Assembly (NCBI GenBank): GCA_965248535.1
Contig: CBDFJR010000002.1
Span: forward strand, 1,472,001 to 1,536,000
DNA from: Phormidesmis sp.
Lineage (GTDB): Bacteria; Cyanobacteriota; Cyanobacteriia; Leptolyngbyales; Leptolyngbyaceae
DNA: 64,000 bases
Direction: 5' to 3'
This document shows, piece by piece, positions 1 to 10,346 of the stretch. Within the stretch, counting starts at the first letter, position 1. Each line of letters begins with the position of its first letter. The notes beneath the pieces were generated by a model, which did not search any database, was not told the origin of the DNA, and saw only the letters and a program-made list of their open reading frames with translations. Both the position numbers and the translations under genes were made by a program.

Positions 1-1
1 G

Positions 2-394
2 TTGACGATTTACGCCCTTTATCTGGGTGTGCAAATTCGTCGAACTCGCGCCGCAGAAGGCGATCTTAAGAAAGAGCTAATCAAAGGCAAGTTCAATCTT
101 AAGCACTATCAGATCGGGTCGTTGGTGTTGGCATTGATGGTGGTAGGCTCGATCGCGGGCATGGTGATCACCTATATCAACAATGGCAAACTGTTTGTCG
201 GGTCGCATTTGCTGGCCGGGTTGGGCATGACGGCACTGATTGCGCTGTCTGCCTCTCTGTCGCCGTTTATGCAAAAGGGGCAAGACTGGGCCCGCTATAC
301 CCACATTTTTTTGAATGTGACGATCGTGGGTTTATTTAGCTGGCAAGCCCTAACAGGGGTGCAAATCGTCCAGCGAATTATTAGCAAACTGTAG
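2..394 (+). CDS. DUF4079-like membrane protein (5'-truncated by window edge)
   Basis: Three hydrophobic helices with HYQIGS, NNGKLFVGSHLLAGL and ARYTHI motifs typical of this cyanobacterial cytochrome b561-like family. Confidence 0.75.
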   Translation: MTIYALYLGVQIRRTRAAEGDLKKELIKGKFNLKHYQIGSLVLALMVVGSIAGMVITYINNGKLFVGSHLLAGLGMTALIALSASLSPFMQKGQDWARYTHIFLNVTIVGLFSWQALTGVQIVQRIISKL

Positions 395-421
395 CGATCG
401 GGCTTCCATTTCGCGATGTTT

Positions 422-454
422 AACCCCTGAACAATCAATAGTTCAGGGGTTTTT
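422..454 (+). terminator. Rho-independent terminator
   Basis: AACCCCTGAAC / GTTCAGGGGTT inverted repeat followed by a T-run, about 30 nt after the stop codon. Confidence 0.7.
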
Positions 455-534
455 ATTTCCTAAGGATCGTGAATTAGATAACTTCGGCAATTGCCAGATT
501 CACGCAAACTTGATTATCCGGTTTTAGAAAATCC

Positions 535-681
535 GGCGTTGCTGAATGAGAGTATGAATTCGCCTCCCAACCCCCCATTCTGGGGGACTTCCGAACGTTC
601 AAAATCCCTCACTTGTGGGGGATTTAGGGGGCTTTCAGAAATGCTGATACCCAACGATTCATACTTTAATTCAGCAACGCC
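535..681. mobile_element. MITE-like miniature inverted-repeat element (147 bp)
   Basis: 25-bp terminal inverted repeats GGCGTTGCTGAATGAGAGTATGAAT / ATTCATACTTTAATTCAGCAACGCC (2 mismatches), internal CCCCC/GGGGG hairpins, flanks GAAAATCC and GAAAATTA resembling a decayed target duplication. Confidence 0.75.
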
Positions 682-706
682 GAAAATTAACTCTAGAGCG
701 ATCGCT

Positions 707-3700
707 CTAATCTCCTCGATCGCGCTCCACCCACCTCGGCAACTCGACTCGAAATGTTGAACCTGCCGCCAACTGGCTCTCAACGTCAATTGTGCCACCC
801 ATCATTTGCACCAGCCACTTAGTGATCGCCAGCCCTAGCCCCGTGCCTGCATGACGACGAGTGCTCGATTGGTCAAGCTGATGAAACTCTTCAAAAATCC
901 GAACTAGATCATCAGGCGCAATGCCGATGCCCGTATCACGGACTGAGATCACCAAGCGACCTGTTGCCAACCCCCAGACCTCGATCGCGATCACCCCGAC
1001 ATCTGTAAACTTGATCGCGTTTGACAACAAGTTGACCAAAATCTGGCGCAGACGAGCTTTATCATTGACCACCCAGGGATCTTTGAGATGAGAATTGACC
1101 GTTAAACATAACTGCTTTTGATCGGCCAGCGATCGTAGATCTGAAGTCGTTGCAGTCAACAAGTCGCAGAGATTAAATCGTTCAAGCTTTAGCTCTAACC
1201 GTCCGGCTTCGATTTTTGAGAGATCAAGAATATCGTTGATCAGCACCAACAGATTTTTAGCATTGTTGAGAATGCGATCGACCATTTCTGACTGGCCGGG
1301 GCGGAGTTGACTCTGCCGCAGCAAAAGTTGAGAAAACCCCATAATGGCGTTCATCGGAGTCCGCAATTCGTGCGACATGGTAGCTACAAACTGTGACTTG
1401 AGTTGGGCAGCTTCAATCAGTCTGAGGTTTTGAGATTGAATCTGCTGCCGCTGGGTTTCTAAGTCCTGATTTTGCTGCGCCAGAATTGCATTTTGCGTCT
1501 CTAGCCGTCCTTCTCGTTCTTCTAAAGCGTTGATTAATTGGGCATTGTTGAGAGCGATCGCTGCTTGCTCTCCAAAAGCGACCAGCATTCGTGAGTCGTC
1601 TTCATCAAAGGCGGTGGTTCCCTCCCAGTTGCCGATCGCCAGCACGCCTAAACGGCCTGCCTGAGCCGACTCGATCGCTACAGCGCAGAGCGATGCAGGC
1701 AGATGATCTAGTGAAGCGTGAGGAGTTAAGCGCGAAGGATGATCAGACGCGATCGGGCGCGAACTTTGGCGATCAGGTCGAATTAAGTGCGTCTTCCCCG
1801 TCACAAATACATGGCCTAACAGTCCTTCTCCCGGTGCAAACGTTTCATCGATCAAGAAGGCAGCCCGATCGAGTCCGGCGGTTGCTGTTAACTCTAACTG
1901 CTGAGTTTGAGCATTTTGCAGCACAATCAAGCCAAACTCAGCGCTAGGAATGGCCTCACAAATGGCATCGATCATTGCTTGCAGCAAGCCCGGTAGGTCA
2001 GTCAAACGCTGATTGAGGAGATCTGTCAGACGTTGCAGGGTTCTTAACTGCTGCTGTTGTTCACCGAGAATGACGATCGCTTTACGGAGATTTTGTTCGG
2101 CTCTTTGAGTGGCTTGATAGAGACGAGCATTGTCAACAGCAAGGGCGGCACGACGGGCTAGATCTTCAGCGAGCGATAAATCGGCTGGGGTATAGTGTCG
2201 ATTTGACTCGGTTAACGCCAAGGTAATGGTTCCCAAAACTCGCTCTCTAGACCGCAGCGGCACCACCATCGCAGACCGAAATCCAAAGGCTTTTAATTGT
2301 TCATATTGGTCAGAGCTTCCCTGGGTTTGTTGGGCTAATAGCTCATCTGAGATTTGAGCATAGAACTGTGACTGTCCAGTTTTTAACACGGCTGAGAGGC
2401 TGCCCGCAGCTTTGAGATCGAGAGGATAGCGCCGTCGATAATCCTGAAAAGCAGCTAGTTTTTGAGGGTCTGAGTGAAACAAAGCCACTAGCTGAGCCTG
2501 CTCATCTTGCAGGGTGTGAATTATGCACCAGTCAGCCAAATAAGGAACTGAGAGTTGCGCTAGATTTTCTAAAATCGTTGACGCATCTAGGGAAGACGTG
2601 AGCAGCGTGCTGGCATTGGCCAAAAAGCGCTGAGAGTCTTCGGTGCGTTTACGATCGGTGATATCTAAAAAGGCACCTACACAGCCCCGTGGGTTAGCCA
2701 ATTCATCAAACAGAGGGGCAACCTCTGATAACAGGGTGACCACTGTCCCGTTTTGCTGCATCACGTCAAGCTCAACCCCAGAGATGGCTAGGCCCAGGTT
2801 TGCCGATCGCTGCATCGGTAGCTCATCGGCTGCAAGTTCTCTGCCGTTTTGATAAATCTTATAGGCAAGCTGGTCGGCATCAACACGGCTTTTGGACGCA
2901 TTTTCTCCGATCGCAAGTCCTAACTGAGCGCTCATGCTAGCGTTAATTTTGATGTATTGACAGGCAGCGTCTTCTGCGATGCCAATGCCGATCGGAATTA
3001 AATCTAATAGGGTTTGCAGTTCTGCAACTCGGTGTTCTAGATCGCGGTTCAGTTGAACAATCTTTTCCTGAGCCTGCTTGCGTTGCGTAATGTCGCTCAC
3101 AATGCCTGACATTCTGAAAATTTGACCTTGCTGATTGCGTTGAGCTTTGCCCCGCGATGTGCAGTCAATATAATTGCCAGACCCGTGTTGCAGCCTAAAC
3201 TCAACATCAAAGGGGGTCTCTTGATGGAGATGGGCCCGCATGGCTTCTAAAACTCGACGCTGGTCATCTGGGTGAATTAGCTGAAAGAAAGCGCGTTGAG
3301 CCGTGCCGAGGGCTGCCCGCGATCGTCCCACAATTTCCAACATCCGATCGTTGCAAAACACCTCATCATCATAGATATACCAATCCCAAATACCATCATT
3401 TGAGCCTTCTAGCACTAATCGATAGCGCTCTTCGCTCTCCCGAAGTTTTTGGGTCGCTTCGGCAGTCTGCTGCTCTGCGCGATTGACCCGCACAGCACTC
3501 CACAGGCTGCGAGATAGGTTTTCTGGCAGCAGCTTGCTATTAGATAGATAATCGTTTGCGCCTGCCTTCATGAGTTCTACAGCTAGCTGCTCGTCGCCTT
3601 GCTCGGTGATCACAATCAGAGCGATCGCAAACCCGCGATCGCGAATCTGCCTCACCAGACTCAGCCCATTGCCATCTGGCAACTGATAGGTGATCAACGC

Positions 3701-3865
3701 GCAATCAAAAACGGTTTGTTCTAAAAGGGCGATCGCCGAAGCGCTGTTTTGGGCCTCGATCGTCTCTCGAATTCTGACATCTGCGGCCAACAGCGATCGA
3801 CAGAGTGCCATTCGGGTTACGGCATCATCGTCAACCACTAGAATTTTGAGAGAGTCTTCTATCAC
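707..3865 (-). CDS. Hybrid sensor histidine kinase (REC-PAS-PAS-GAF-GAF-HisKA-HATPase_c)
   Basis: N-terminal receiver fold; GIWDW...HPDD PAS; two GAF regions; MSHELRTPMNAI H-box; NLLSNAIKFT, DTGIGI and GTGLGLAI boxes. Confidence 0.92.
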   Translation of the reverse strand: MIEDSLKILVVDDDAVTRMALCRSLLAADVRIRETIEAQNSASAIALLEQTVFDCALITYQLPDGNGLSLVRQIRDRGFAIALIVITEQGDEQLAVELMKAGANDYLSNSKLLPENLSRSLWSAVRVNRAEQQTAEATQKLRESEERYRLVLEGSNDGIWDWYIYDDEVFCNDRMLEIVGRSRAALGTAQRAFFQLIHPDDQRRVLEAMRAHLHQETPFDVEFRLQHGSGNYIDCTSRGKAQRNQQGQIFRMSGIVSDITQRKQAQEKIVQLNRDLEHRVAELQTLLDLIPIGIGIAEDAACQYIKINASMSAQLGLAIGENASKSRVDADQLAYKIYQNGRELAADELPMQRSANLGLAISGVELDVMQQNGTVVTLLSEVAPLFDELANPRGCVGAFLDITDRKRTEDSQRFLANASTLLTSSLDASTILENLAQLSVPYLADWCIIHTLQDEQAQLVALFHSDPQKLAAFQDYRRRYPLDLKAAGSLSAVLKTGQSQFYAQISDELLAQQTQGSSDQYEQLKAFGFRSAMVVPLRSRERVLGTITLALTESNRHYTPADLSLAEDLARRAALAVDNARLYQATQRAEQNLRKAIVILGEQQQQLRTLQRLTDLLNQRLTDLPGLLQAMIDAICEAIPSAEFGLIVLQNAQTQQLELTATAGLDRAAFLIDETFAPGEGLLGHVFVTGKTHLIRPDRQSSRPIASDHPSRLTPHASLDHLPASLCAVAIESAQAGRLGVLAIGNWEGTTAFDEDDSRMLVAFGEQAAIALNNAQLINALEEREGRLETQNAILAQQNQDLETQRQQIQSQNLRLIEAAQLKSQFVATMSHELRTPMNAIMGFSQLLLRQSQLRPGQSEMVDRILNNAKNLLVLINDILDLSKIEAGRLELKLERFNLCDLLTATTSDLRSLADQKQLCLTVNSHLKDPWVVNDKARLRQILVNLLSNAIKFTDVGVIAIEVWGLATGRLVISVRDTGIGIAPDDLVRIFEEFHQLDQSSTRRHAGTGLGLAITKWLVQMMGGTIDVESQLAAGSTFRVELPRWVERDRGD

Positions 3866-4244
3866 GGCAGTTTACACAACGTCTAAATTGGATTGCTTAA
3901 ATGGGTTTTAATTGGTTGTCAACCCTCGTCTCAGACAAGTTTTTCTTTTCGATGGCTGTAAATATTTATTATCTCTAGCTTGACACTCCAGATTTAAGAA
4001 TTCATCGACCCTGAGGAGAGTCGAGCCATCTGTAGAGAGGCAGACTCTTTAAAGGCTTTGACTTCGGGTGATTCGCTTCTAGATCGAGATTAAAGTACAC
4101 CCGTATCATCTGAGACGGAAAGATTCTTGGTAAGGTAGAATCACCCCCAACTCAATCTGTTACCTTCCTCCTGTTAGTGTCCTAAAGAGATAAATTTCCC
4201 TCAATTCCGCCTTTAAAATCCACGTATACCCACGCTCATTTTGT

Positions 4245-4796
4245 GTGATTGCTATTTATCCCGGCAGCTTTGACCCCATCACCTTTGGTCACCTCGACAT
4301 TATCAAGCGAGGCAGTCATCTTTTTGATCGGGTGATTGTGGCCGTGCTTCGCAACCCCAATAAGACTCCTCTATTTACCATTCAAGACCGCATGGCTCAG
4401 ATCCGTCAGGCCACTCAACAGTTGACCAACGTCGAAGTTGACAGCTTTGAAGGGTTGACGGTGACCTATGCCAAAGTTCGGGGTGCTAGTGCTCTGCTGC
4501 GAGGGTTGCGGGCTATCTCTGACTTTGAAATGGAGTTGCAGATGGCCCACATCAACAAAACTCTGTTCGATCAGATCGAGACGGTTTTTCTCACCACTTC
4601 CAACGAGTATAGTTTTCTCAGCAGCAGTGTGGTCAAAGAAGTCGCCAGATTTGGCGGTGCGATCGATCATCTCGTCCCACAACACGTCGCCTTAGATATC
4701 TACAAATGCTACGCCAAGACTCATCCCCTAGCATCAGCCCCGACGGACTCCATCCCGGTCATGGAGCCGCCCCCTATCGAGAAGATGGGCGAGTAG
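4245..4796 (+). CDS. coaD: Phosphopantetheine adenylyltransferase
   Basis: [35 protein letters not shown] and [16 protein letters not shown] motifs. Confidence 0.96.
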   Translation: MIAIYPGSFDPITFGHLDIIKRGSHLFDRVIVAVLRNPNKTPLFTIQDRMAQIRQATQQLTNVEVDSFEGLTVTYAKVRGASALLRGLRAISDFEMELQMAHINKTLFDQIETVFLTTSNEYSFLSSSVVKEVARFGGAIDHLVPQHVALDIYKCYAKTHPLASAPTDSIPVMEPPPIEKMGE

Positions 4797-5425
4797 GCAC
4801 CCCCGACATCCAGCAAGAACTCAATCGCATTGAGGAAATGATTCTCGACAGCCCGCGAGTGCTCTGGAGTCGGCGCACCCTGATCGATGAGGAACAGTTT
4901 CTCGACCAGCTTGACCTGGTGCGGTTGAGCCTGCCCGAAGCGTTTCACGAAGCCGAAGAGATCGTGCGCCAAAAAGACGATATCTTGATGCAGGCCGAGC
5001 AATATGCCCGCGAGATGATCGAAGAGGCTGAACGCCGCGCCGCTCAGATCATGAATGAAACGGGGATCATTCACCAGGCCGAGCTAGAGGCCCAGCAGAT
5101 TCGCCTTCAGCTACAGCAAGAGTGTGACGCGGTGCAAGAGCAAACGATCGCTGAAATCGAGCGCACTCGCCGCCAGGCCGAGCAAGATCTTGAAGAAATG
5201 CGGCGATCGGCGATCGAAGAATGTGAAGACATTCAAAACGGGGCCGATGGCTATGCCGATCGGGTGCTCCGCGATATGGAGGCGCAAATGGCAGAAATGC
5301 TGCGAATCGTTCGCAATGGTCGGCAGCAGCTACAGATCAATCAGCCCGATGTGCAAGCGGCCCGCACCAAAGAAAGTGTGGGACGGGCTAACCAAGCTGG
5401 GAAGAGTGGGGAGCGAAAAAATTGA
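4706..5425 (+). CDS. cdv3: DivIVA-like coiled-coil cell division protein (Cdv3-like)
   Basis: Long acidic coiled coil ([15 protein letters not shown]...[10 protein letters not shown]) directly after coaD, the usual cyanobacterial position. Confidence 0.75.
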   Translation: MLRQDSSPSISPDGLHPGHGAAPYREDGRVGTPDIQQELNRIEEMILDSPRVLWSRRTLIDEEQFLDQLDLVRLSLPEAFHEAEEIVRQKDDILMQAEQYAREMIEEAERRAAQIMNETGIIHQAELEAQQIRLQLQQECDAVQEQTIAEIERTRRQAEQDLEEMRRSAIEECEDIQNGADGYADRVLRDMEAQMAEMLRIVRNGRQQLQINQPDVQAARTKESVGRANQAGKSGERKN

Positions 5426-5434
5426 GACCGCAGG

Positions 5435-6040
5435 TCAGGGTTCCTCGCTTTTGAGGCGCTCAATCTCTTGATAAGCCCGCTGACAGCGATCGAACAGATC
5501 GGCTGAAATCGCCCCATCGCTAAAACATAGCTGCTCATGAGTGCGAATCAACGTCTGATAGGCCTGAGATTGAGGAAGCGGCTGCACCACCTGCCAATAT
5601 TCGCCATCGGTGCGACTCGATTGATGAGGCACTAGCTTGGTGTCGTTCAATCGTTGCAGCATGGCCAGATAGAGGGCGCGACAGGCTTCTCGATAGTTGC
5701 CCTGACGCTGAAACTCCTGCATCTGACGCATCCAGCCTGCAACCGTTTGTTCTTCTTTTGGAGCGGTCTTGCGGCGCGGCCATTGGGCAGATTGGGACTG
5801 CGATCGCGTCCAATAGGGCGCAAGCAGCCGAATGAGTTGCCAACCTAGCCAGAGGCCTGCTGAGAGCACGATCGCCCAAAACATCACCTCCAAAATCCAG
5901 GTCGGAAATGACCACTCTGGAACCTGAGGCAGATGGGGAGAGTTTTTAGGAAATCTCGCCTCAAACCATTCGCCGACACGCTGCCCTAACTGCTGAAGTT
6001 GCCAGCCCAGGCTATTTTTGTCAAAACTGTCTGCCGCCAT
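5435..6040 (-). CDS. DUF4129 domain membrane protein
   Basis: One TM helix, then YREACRALYLAMLQRL...SRTDGEY...HEQLCF. Confidence 0.8.
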   Translation of the reverse strand: MAADSFDKNSLGWQLQQLGQRVGEWFEARFPKNSPHLPQVPEWSFPTWILEVMFWAIVLSAGLWLGWQLIRLLAPYWTRSQSQSAQWPRRKTAPKEEQTVAGWMRQMQEFQRQGNYREACRALYLAMLQRLNDTKLVPHQSSRTDGEYWQVVQPLPQSQAYQTLIRTHEQLCFSDGAISADLFDRCQRAYQEIERLKSEEP

Positions 6041-6132
6041 TGAGTGCCCTTCAACGCTGAAAAAGTCTCTGCCAAAATAGCGGTAACCCTGGGATAACGC
6101 ATCTCCTGAGAAGACTCTTAATTGTAGTCTGA

Positions 6133-6750
6133 CTACTTCAAAAAGCTGCTAACGAGCCACAAAACCACAAACGTCACTAGGCTGACAAAAACCTCTGCCC
6201 CTAGCTGAACGGGGAGATAGACGCTTAGAAGGCTCTCTAGGGCCGCACCGATCGCAAACCCTAACAGCAGCCCGCCCAACCCTATTAAGACCGCCTTGCC
6301 TAACTTTCGCTCTTTTCGGTAGAGAAAATACAGCGTAGACCCCACACTGACCGACATGGCCAGTTGCAGGACGGCATCGGTTGGGGAAAGCACCACCAAC
6401 CCACCCAACAAAAATTGAACCCCCGCCGGGAGGGCTATGTCTACCCTACCCGGAGTATCAACTAGATTAGTCAACCACTCAGGTGAGCTTTTAGGCAGGG
6501 CCGGGAGGGCAGACGGAGATGCTTGAGCCAGTTTCTCAGGAAAACGAATCCGATCGGGGACGGGAATTTTCCCTTCCTGACGCATCTTGAGCCGCTCCAT
6601 TAACACCGAATCATAGGCAGCTTCTACTTCGAGTCGCTGCTTTTCATCACCCGCAGACGCTTCTAATAGCTGACTGCGGGCACTTTGAATCTCCTCAAAG
6701 GTTGCCCCTTCAGGGACTCCAAGCTTTTCGTAGGGATTTCGATCGCTCAT
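6133..6750 (-). CDS. CPP1-like (DUF3353) J-like chaperone membrane protein
   Basis: NPYEKLGV...ATFEEIQ J-like start, EAAYDSVLMERLKMRQEGKI motif, C-terminal TM helices. Confidence 0.85.
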   Translation of the reverse strand: MSDRNPYEKLGVPEGATFEEIQSARSQLLEASAGDEKQRLEVEAAYDSVLMERLKMRQEGKIPVPDRIRFPEKLAQASPSALPALPKSSPEWLTNLVDTPGRVDIALPAGVQFLLGGLVVLSPTDAVLQLAMSVSVGSTLYFLYRKERKLGKAVLIGLGGLLLGFAIGAALESLLSVYLPVQLGAEVFVSLVTFVVLWLVSSFLK

Positions 6751-6969
6751 CTGCTATTACTCCACCTTCTCTCTAAGGTAACTTAGGGCGACGCGGGTCA
6801 CAAGCTTTTTTGAGGAAACCGCAGCTTATCAGGATATTCTAGTCAAAACCTGAGGCATACTTAATGCTGATGGCAAACTTATCCTGTGTAATACAGATCT
6901 AGGTATCATTTTATCTAGCTCTGCAAGTCACCTTTAGTTTCCACCACTACCCTCTCTCAACGCAAGGTT

Positions 6970-7674
6970 ATGGTCATGGCTCCAGCCAAGATTCTCGTAG
7001 TAGACGATGATCCCGCAATTCGGAAGTTGATCCATCGCTATCTCACTCAGCAAAGCTACCAAATGGAGTCTGCTGAAGACGGTAAAACTGCCTTGACGAT
7101 GTTTGAGCAGTTCAACCCCGATCTCGTCATTCTAGATGTAAATCTGCCTGATGCCAATGGCTACAATCTCTGTCAAGAGATGCAGAGCCGCACCGGGGTG
7201 TTTGTGCTGATGTTAACCAGTCGCACTGACGAAGCAGACAAGATTCGCGGGTTTAGCCAGGGTGCCGATGACTACATCACCAAGCCCTTTAGCCTAGGCG
7301 AGTTGGGCGTGCGGGTTGGCGCAATTCTCAAACGTCAGAGAATCGTCACAACCGCCGAGCAGCAGTGTCTCAGCTTTGACAAGTTGGTGATCGACCCTGT
7401 GCGCCGTGAGGTTAAGCTCAACGAAGACTTTGTGCCCCTGACGGCCCTAGAGTTTGATTTGCTGCATTTTTTGGCGAGTCATCCGGGTCGGGTGTGGCGA
7501 CGAGCCGAGTTGATTCAAGAAGTCTGGGACTACGAATATGTAGGAGACCAGCGGGTAGTGGATGTCCACATTGGTCAAATTCGCAAAAAGATTGAGATTG
7601 ACACTAGTCAACCTGCCTTGATTCAAACCGTTCGGGGAGTTGGCTATAAGTTTGAGTCACCCGCTGCCGTCTAG
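6970..7674 (+). CDS. OmpR/PhoB-family response regulator
   Basis: Intact receiver (VVDDD, ILDVNLP, GADDYITKPF) plus winged helix (VDVHIGQIRKKIE...IQTVRGVGYKF). Confidence 0.93.
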   Translation: MVMAPAKILVVDDDPAIRKLIHRYLTQQSYQMESAEDGKTALTMFEQFNPDLVILDVNLPDANGYNLCQEMQSRTGVFVLMLTSRTDEADKIRGFSQGADDYITKPFSLGELGVRVGAILKRQRIVTTAEQQCLSFDKLVIDPVRREVKLNEDFVPLTALEFDLLHFLASHPGRVWRRAELIQEVWDYEYVGDQRVVDVHIGQIRKKIEIDTSQPALIQTVRGVGYKFESPAAV

Positions 7675-7678
7675 AGAT

Positions 7679-7704
7679 TAGGGCGAACTAAGGTTCGCCC
7701 CTAC
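7679..7704. repeat. REP-like GTAG hairpin / bidirectional terminator
   Basis: GGGCGAAC-TAAG-GTTCGCCC stem ending in CTAC, between two convergent stop codons. Confidence 0.55.
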
Positions 7705-7712
7705 GAACGTGA

Positions 7713-8390
7713 TTAACTCAGCCCTGATTCCTGCGTTTCACTGATCTCTCCCGCAGGAAAGCAAACCTTGGTGCCGCCTAACCCGCAGTAACCACCAGGG
7801 TTTTTAGCGAGATATTGCTGGTGATAGGCTTCTGCGTAGTAGAACTCAGGCGCATCTAGAATCTCAGTCGAAATTGTCCCAAGCCCTTCTTGTTTGAGGG
7901 CTTGCTGGTAGACATCACGAGACGCTTCTGCCAGTCGGCGCTGCTCGTCAGAATAGACGTAGATGCCCGATCGATACTGGGTTCCAACGTCGTTGCCTTG
8001 GCGCATCCCCTGGGTAGGGTTGTGGCTCTCCCAAAAGACTTTTAGCAGGTTTTCATAGCTGACCACAGTCGGGTCAAAGACCACGAGCACGACTTCGTTA
8101 TGACCTGTTCTGCCTGAGCAGACTTCTTGATAGGTGGGGTTTGGGGTGGCTCCTGCGGCGTAGCCAACGGCGGTGGTGAAGACCCCGTTTTGCTGCCAAA
8201 ATTTGCGCTCTGCGCCCCAAAAGCATCCAAAGCCAAACACAGCCGTCTGCATCCCTGCTGGAAATGGTGGCTGGAGCGGGTTGCCGTTGACATAGTGGCT
8301 TGAAGGCACTGACATCGTTTCTGCCCGCCCTGGCAAGGCTTCTTCAGGGGTGGGCAAGCTCTGCTTTTTGCCAAGTCCGAATAACACCAT
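7713..8390 (-). CDS. msrA: Peptide-methionine (S)-S-oxide reductase
   Basis: GCFWGAE active site, [24 protein letters not shown]; start moved to the ATG of MVLFGLGKK. Confidence 0.95.
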   Translation of the reverse strand: MVLFGLGKKQSLPTPEEALPGRAETMSVPSSHYVNGNPLQPPFPAGMQTAVFGFGCFWGAERKFWQQNGVFTTAVGYAAGATPNPTYQEVCSGRTGHNEVVLVVFDPTVVSYENLLKVFWESHNPTQGMRQGNDVGTQYRSGIYVYSDEQRRLAEASRDVYQQALKQEGLGTISTEILDAPEFYYAEAYHQQYLAKNPGGYCGLGGTKVCFPAGEISETQESGLS

Positions 8391-8590
8391 TGGTTTAACT
8401 CTATTTTTGGAATGAATCTTTACAGGCTTTGATTTTAACGTATCTGTTTGTCGGCTCAAGTGGTGGGAACCGCCCGATCGTCCCACTTCTTTTGCCAACG
8501 GGTGCGTCTCTAAATTCTCTCTCCGCGTATACCATGCTTTAAATGGGTCGTCTGTCATTTCCATTACGGCAATTTTCGTTTCTCTAAAGC

Positions 8591-10021
8591 ATGAAACTCT
8601 CGTCAATATCCAGGGCGTTTTTTCAAATCAAATGGGGGACGGTGGGCGCAATTGGGCTGTTGTCAGGGGCGGCGGCACTGCTGATTACGGGGGCGTGGCT
8701 CAGTGTGGAATTCATTCTCGATCCGCGATCGGTGATTTGGCTCAATTCCTATCTGCCAGATGGGTCAAAAATTCTCGTTGCGGGATCAGAGGATCTGAGA
8801 ACACTGGCCGAATTGCAAGAAGCCATGAAGAAAACGGGACGGGCGATCGGCGACCCTATTTTATTAGACAGCAATTCAAAGACATCCAAAAAATCTTCAG
8901 ATCTTCTTCTGCCTGTTCTGACTCACCCAGAAGCCTGCGATCGGGAGTGTGATCGGGTCACAGAGCTAAGAGTTTATCGTCCGATCCCCGACTCTCATCG
9001 GAGCAAGCCAGAAGAGCTTCAGCTAATCAGTCAGCTTACGATCGCGGGAGTAGACGAATCTTTTGTGCTGGCTCCGTTTGCGGCCGCCGGAGGCGACGAT
9101 CAAGGCACAACCCGCACCTTGCCTTTAACGACACTGCAACGGTTTGAAGATAAGGCTCCGGCCCAGGGCATTTGGTTTAACCTGAGCGGGCAGCGATCGC
9201 AAGGAGACGACTCAGTAGCCTATGGAGAGATTGTTCACTACAACCCTGGACAGACTTATCTCAGCGTTTTGTTGCGATGGACAAGCCCGATCGGAGAAGC
9301 CCCCGTCTGGCAAAAACGAGCTAAGGGAATGCTGTCTACGCTGGTGGTCAATCAATCGATCGGGCTAGAACCCCATTTTGAGTTTTACCAGGTGAGGGCC
9401 CGCAAATTTATTCCTGATCCCCTGCAAATGCTGCCCGTGTCGCTAACAGAACCTGCGTTGGACACTGGGGCGTTTGTCGATGGGCTTTTTTTAGCGCGAA
9501 ACGGCTTGTGGTCAACCGCCCTAGAGTTTTTGCAGTCGGTTAAAAGTCGCTCGACTTCGGCTGAGTGGTCAACCAATGCCCAAGCGCAACTGGATCTGAT
9601 CGAGCGCCACGCTCAAGTCACCCGATTGCAAGCCGAAAAACCGTGGGCCAATGCCAGCCAACAAGTCTTGGTCAATCTCATTGATGGGCGTTGGGCAAAA
9701 GCCACGCAGGTGCTGCAAGCCTCTCCTAACGATCGAGATGAGATCACCAATCTGTTAAAAAGCGATCCGGGGCGTTTGTGGAAGCGGGTGAGTGCCCTGC
9801 TGCGGGTGAACCCAACTCGGCAGGATGTGCAGACCTGGGGAGCGCTGATTGTGATGGCACAGCAAGATAAGCTGAGGGCGATCGCGTGGCTTAAAAAGCA
9901 GCCTCAAGAGTCTTCGGCAAGCCGCGCTCAAATCATCCGATTGTTAAACCAACTAGACGGCACCTTAGACACCCCCTTAAACGATAAGTTGGGTCAGCCC
10001 CAAACGCCGCTGCCTCACTAA
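8591..10021 (+). CDS. Conserved hypothetical membrane-anchored protein with helical C-terminus
   Basis: 476-aa ORF with one N-terminal TM helix and host-like HIP1 content; no catalytic motif recognised. Confidence 0.75.
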   Translation: MKLSSISRAFFQIKWGTVGAIGLLSGAAALLITGAWLSVEFILDPRSVIWLNSYLPDGSKILVAGSEDLRTLAELQEAMKKTGRAIGDPILLDSNSKTSKKSSDLLLPVLTHPEACDRECDRVTELRVYRPIPDSHRSKPEELQLISQLTIAGVDESFVLAPFAAAGGDDQGTTRTLPLTTLQRFEDKAPAQGIWFNLSGQRSQGDDSVAYGEIVHYNPGQTYLSVLLRWTSPIGEAPVWQKRAKGMLSTLVVNQSIGLEPHFEFYQVRARKFIPDPLQMLPVSLTEPALDTGAFVDGLFLARNGLWSTALEFLQSVKSRSTSAEWSTNAQAQLDLIERHAQVTRLQAEKPWANASQQVLVNLIDGRWAKATQVLQASPNDRDEITNLLKSDPGRLWKRVSALLRVNPTRQDVQTWGALIVMAQQDKLRAIAWLKKQPQESSASRAQIIRLLNQLDGTLDTPLNDKLGQPQTPLPH

Positions 10022-10179
10022 AAAGACGAGACGGTTTTATAGAAATCTCTCAACAAGTCATCATTCTAAGCAGTAATGCAATAGACCAATGCCTACTCTA
10101 GATGCCCTAGGGGGGCATAAGAAGCAGTATTTAGCGTTCAATCACCCAAGCTTTGTTGAGAATTAATAGCAAAAAGCTC

Positions 10180-10265
10180 TTGACAAAGTTCCCTCAAACA
10201 TCACCATAATAGGACGGTTAATAATTATCGTCTAAACCATAAATAAGAACGATAATAATTATCGC
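10180..10265 (+). promoter_or_regulatory. Porin promoter with two Fur/Zur-type 7-1-7 boxes
   Basis: TTGACA (10180) and CATAAT (10205), followed by GGTTAATAATTATCG and the palindrome CGATAATAATTATCG (10250-10264). Confidence 0.7.
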
Positions 10266-10346
10266 TTGTGACCTTGCTTGACTTCCATTCAGTCACGCAA
10301 AGCCACTGAGACAAGCCATTTCATTTACCTGGGTGTGAGACGACCT

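Noticed and set aside
1500..2620. GAF domains of the kinase as cyanobacteriochrome or phytochrome
   Set aside because: No DxCF, CH or DIP bilin-binding motifs seen
8391..8606. 71-aa N-terminal extension of MsrA in the ORF track
   Set aside because: It spans the divergent promoter and overlaps the next gene; MVLFGLGKK is the typical start
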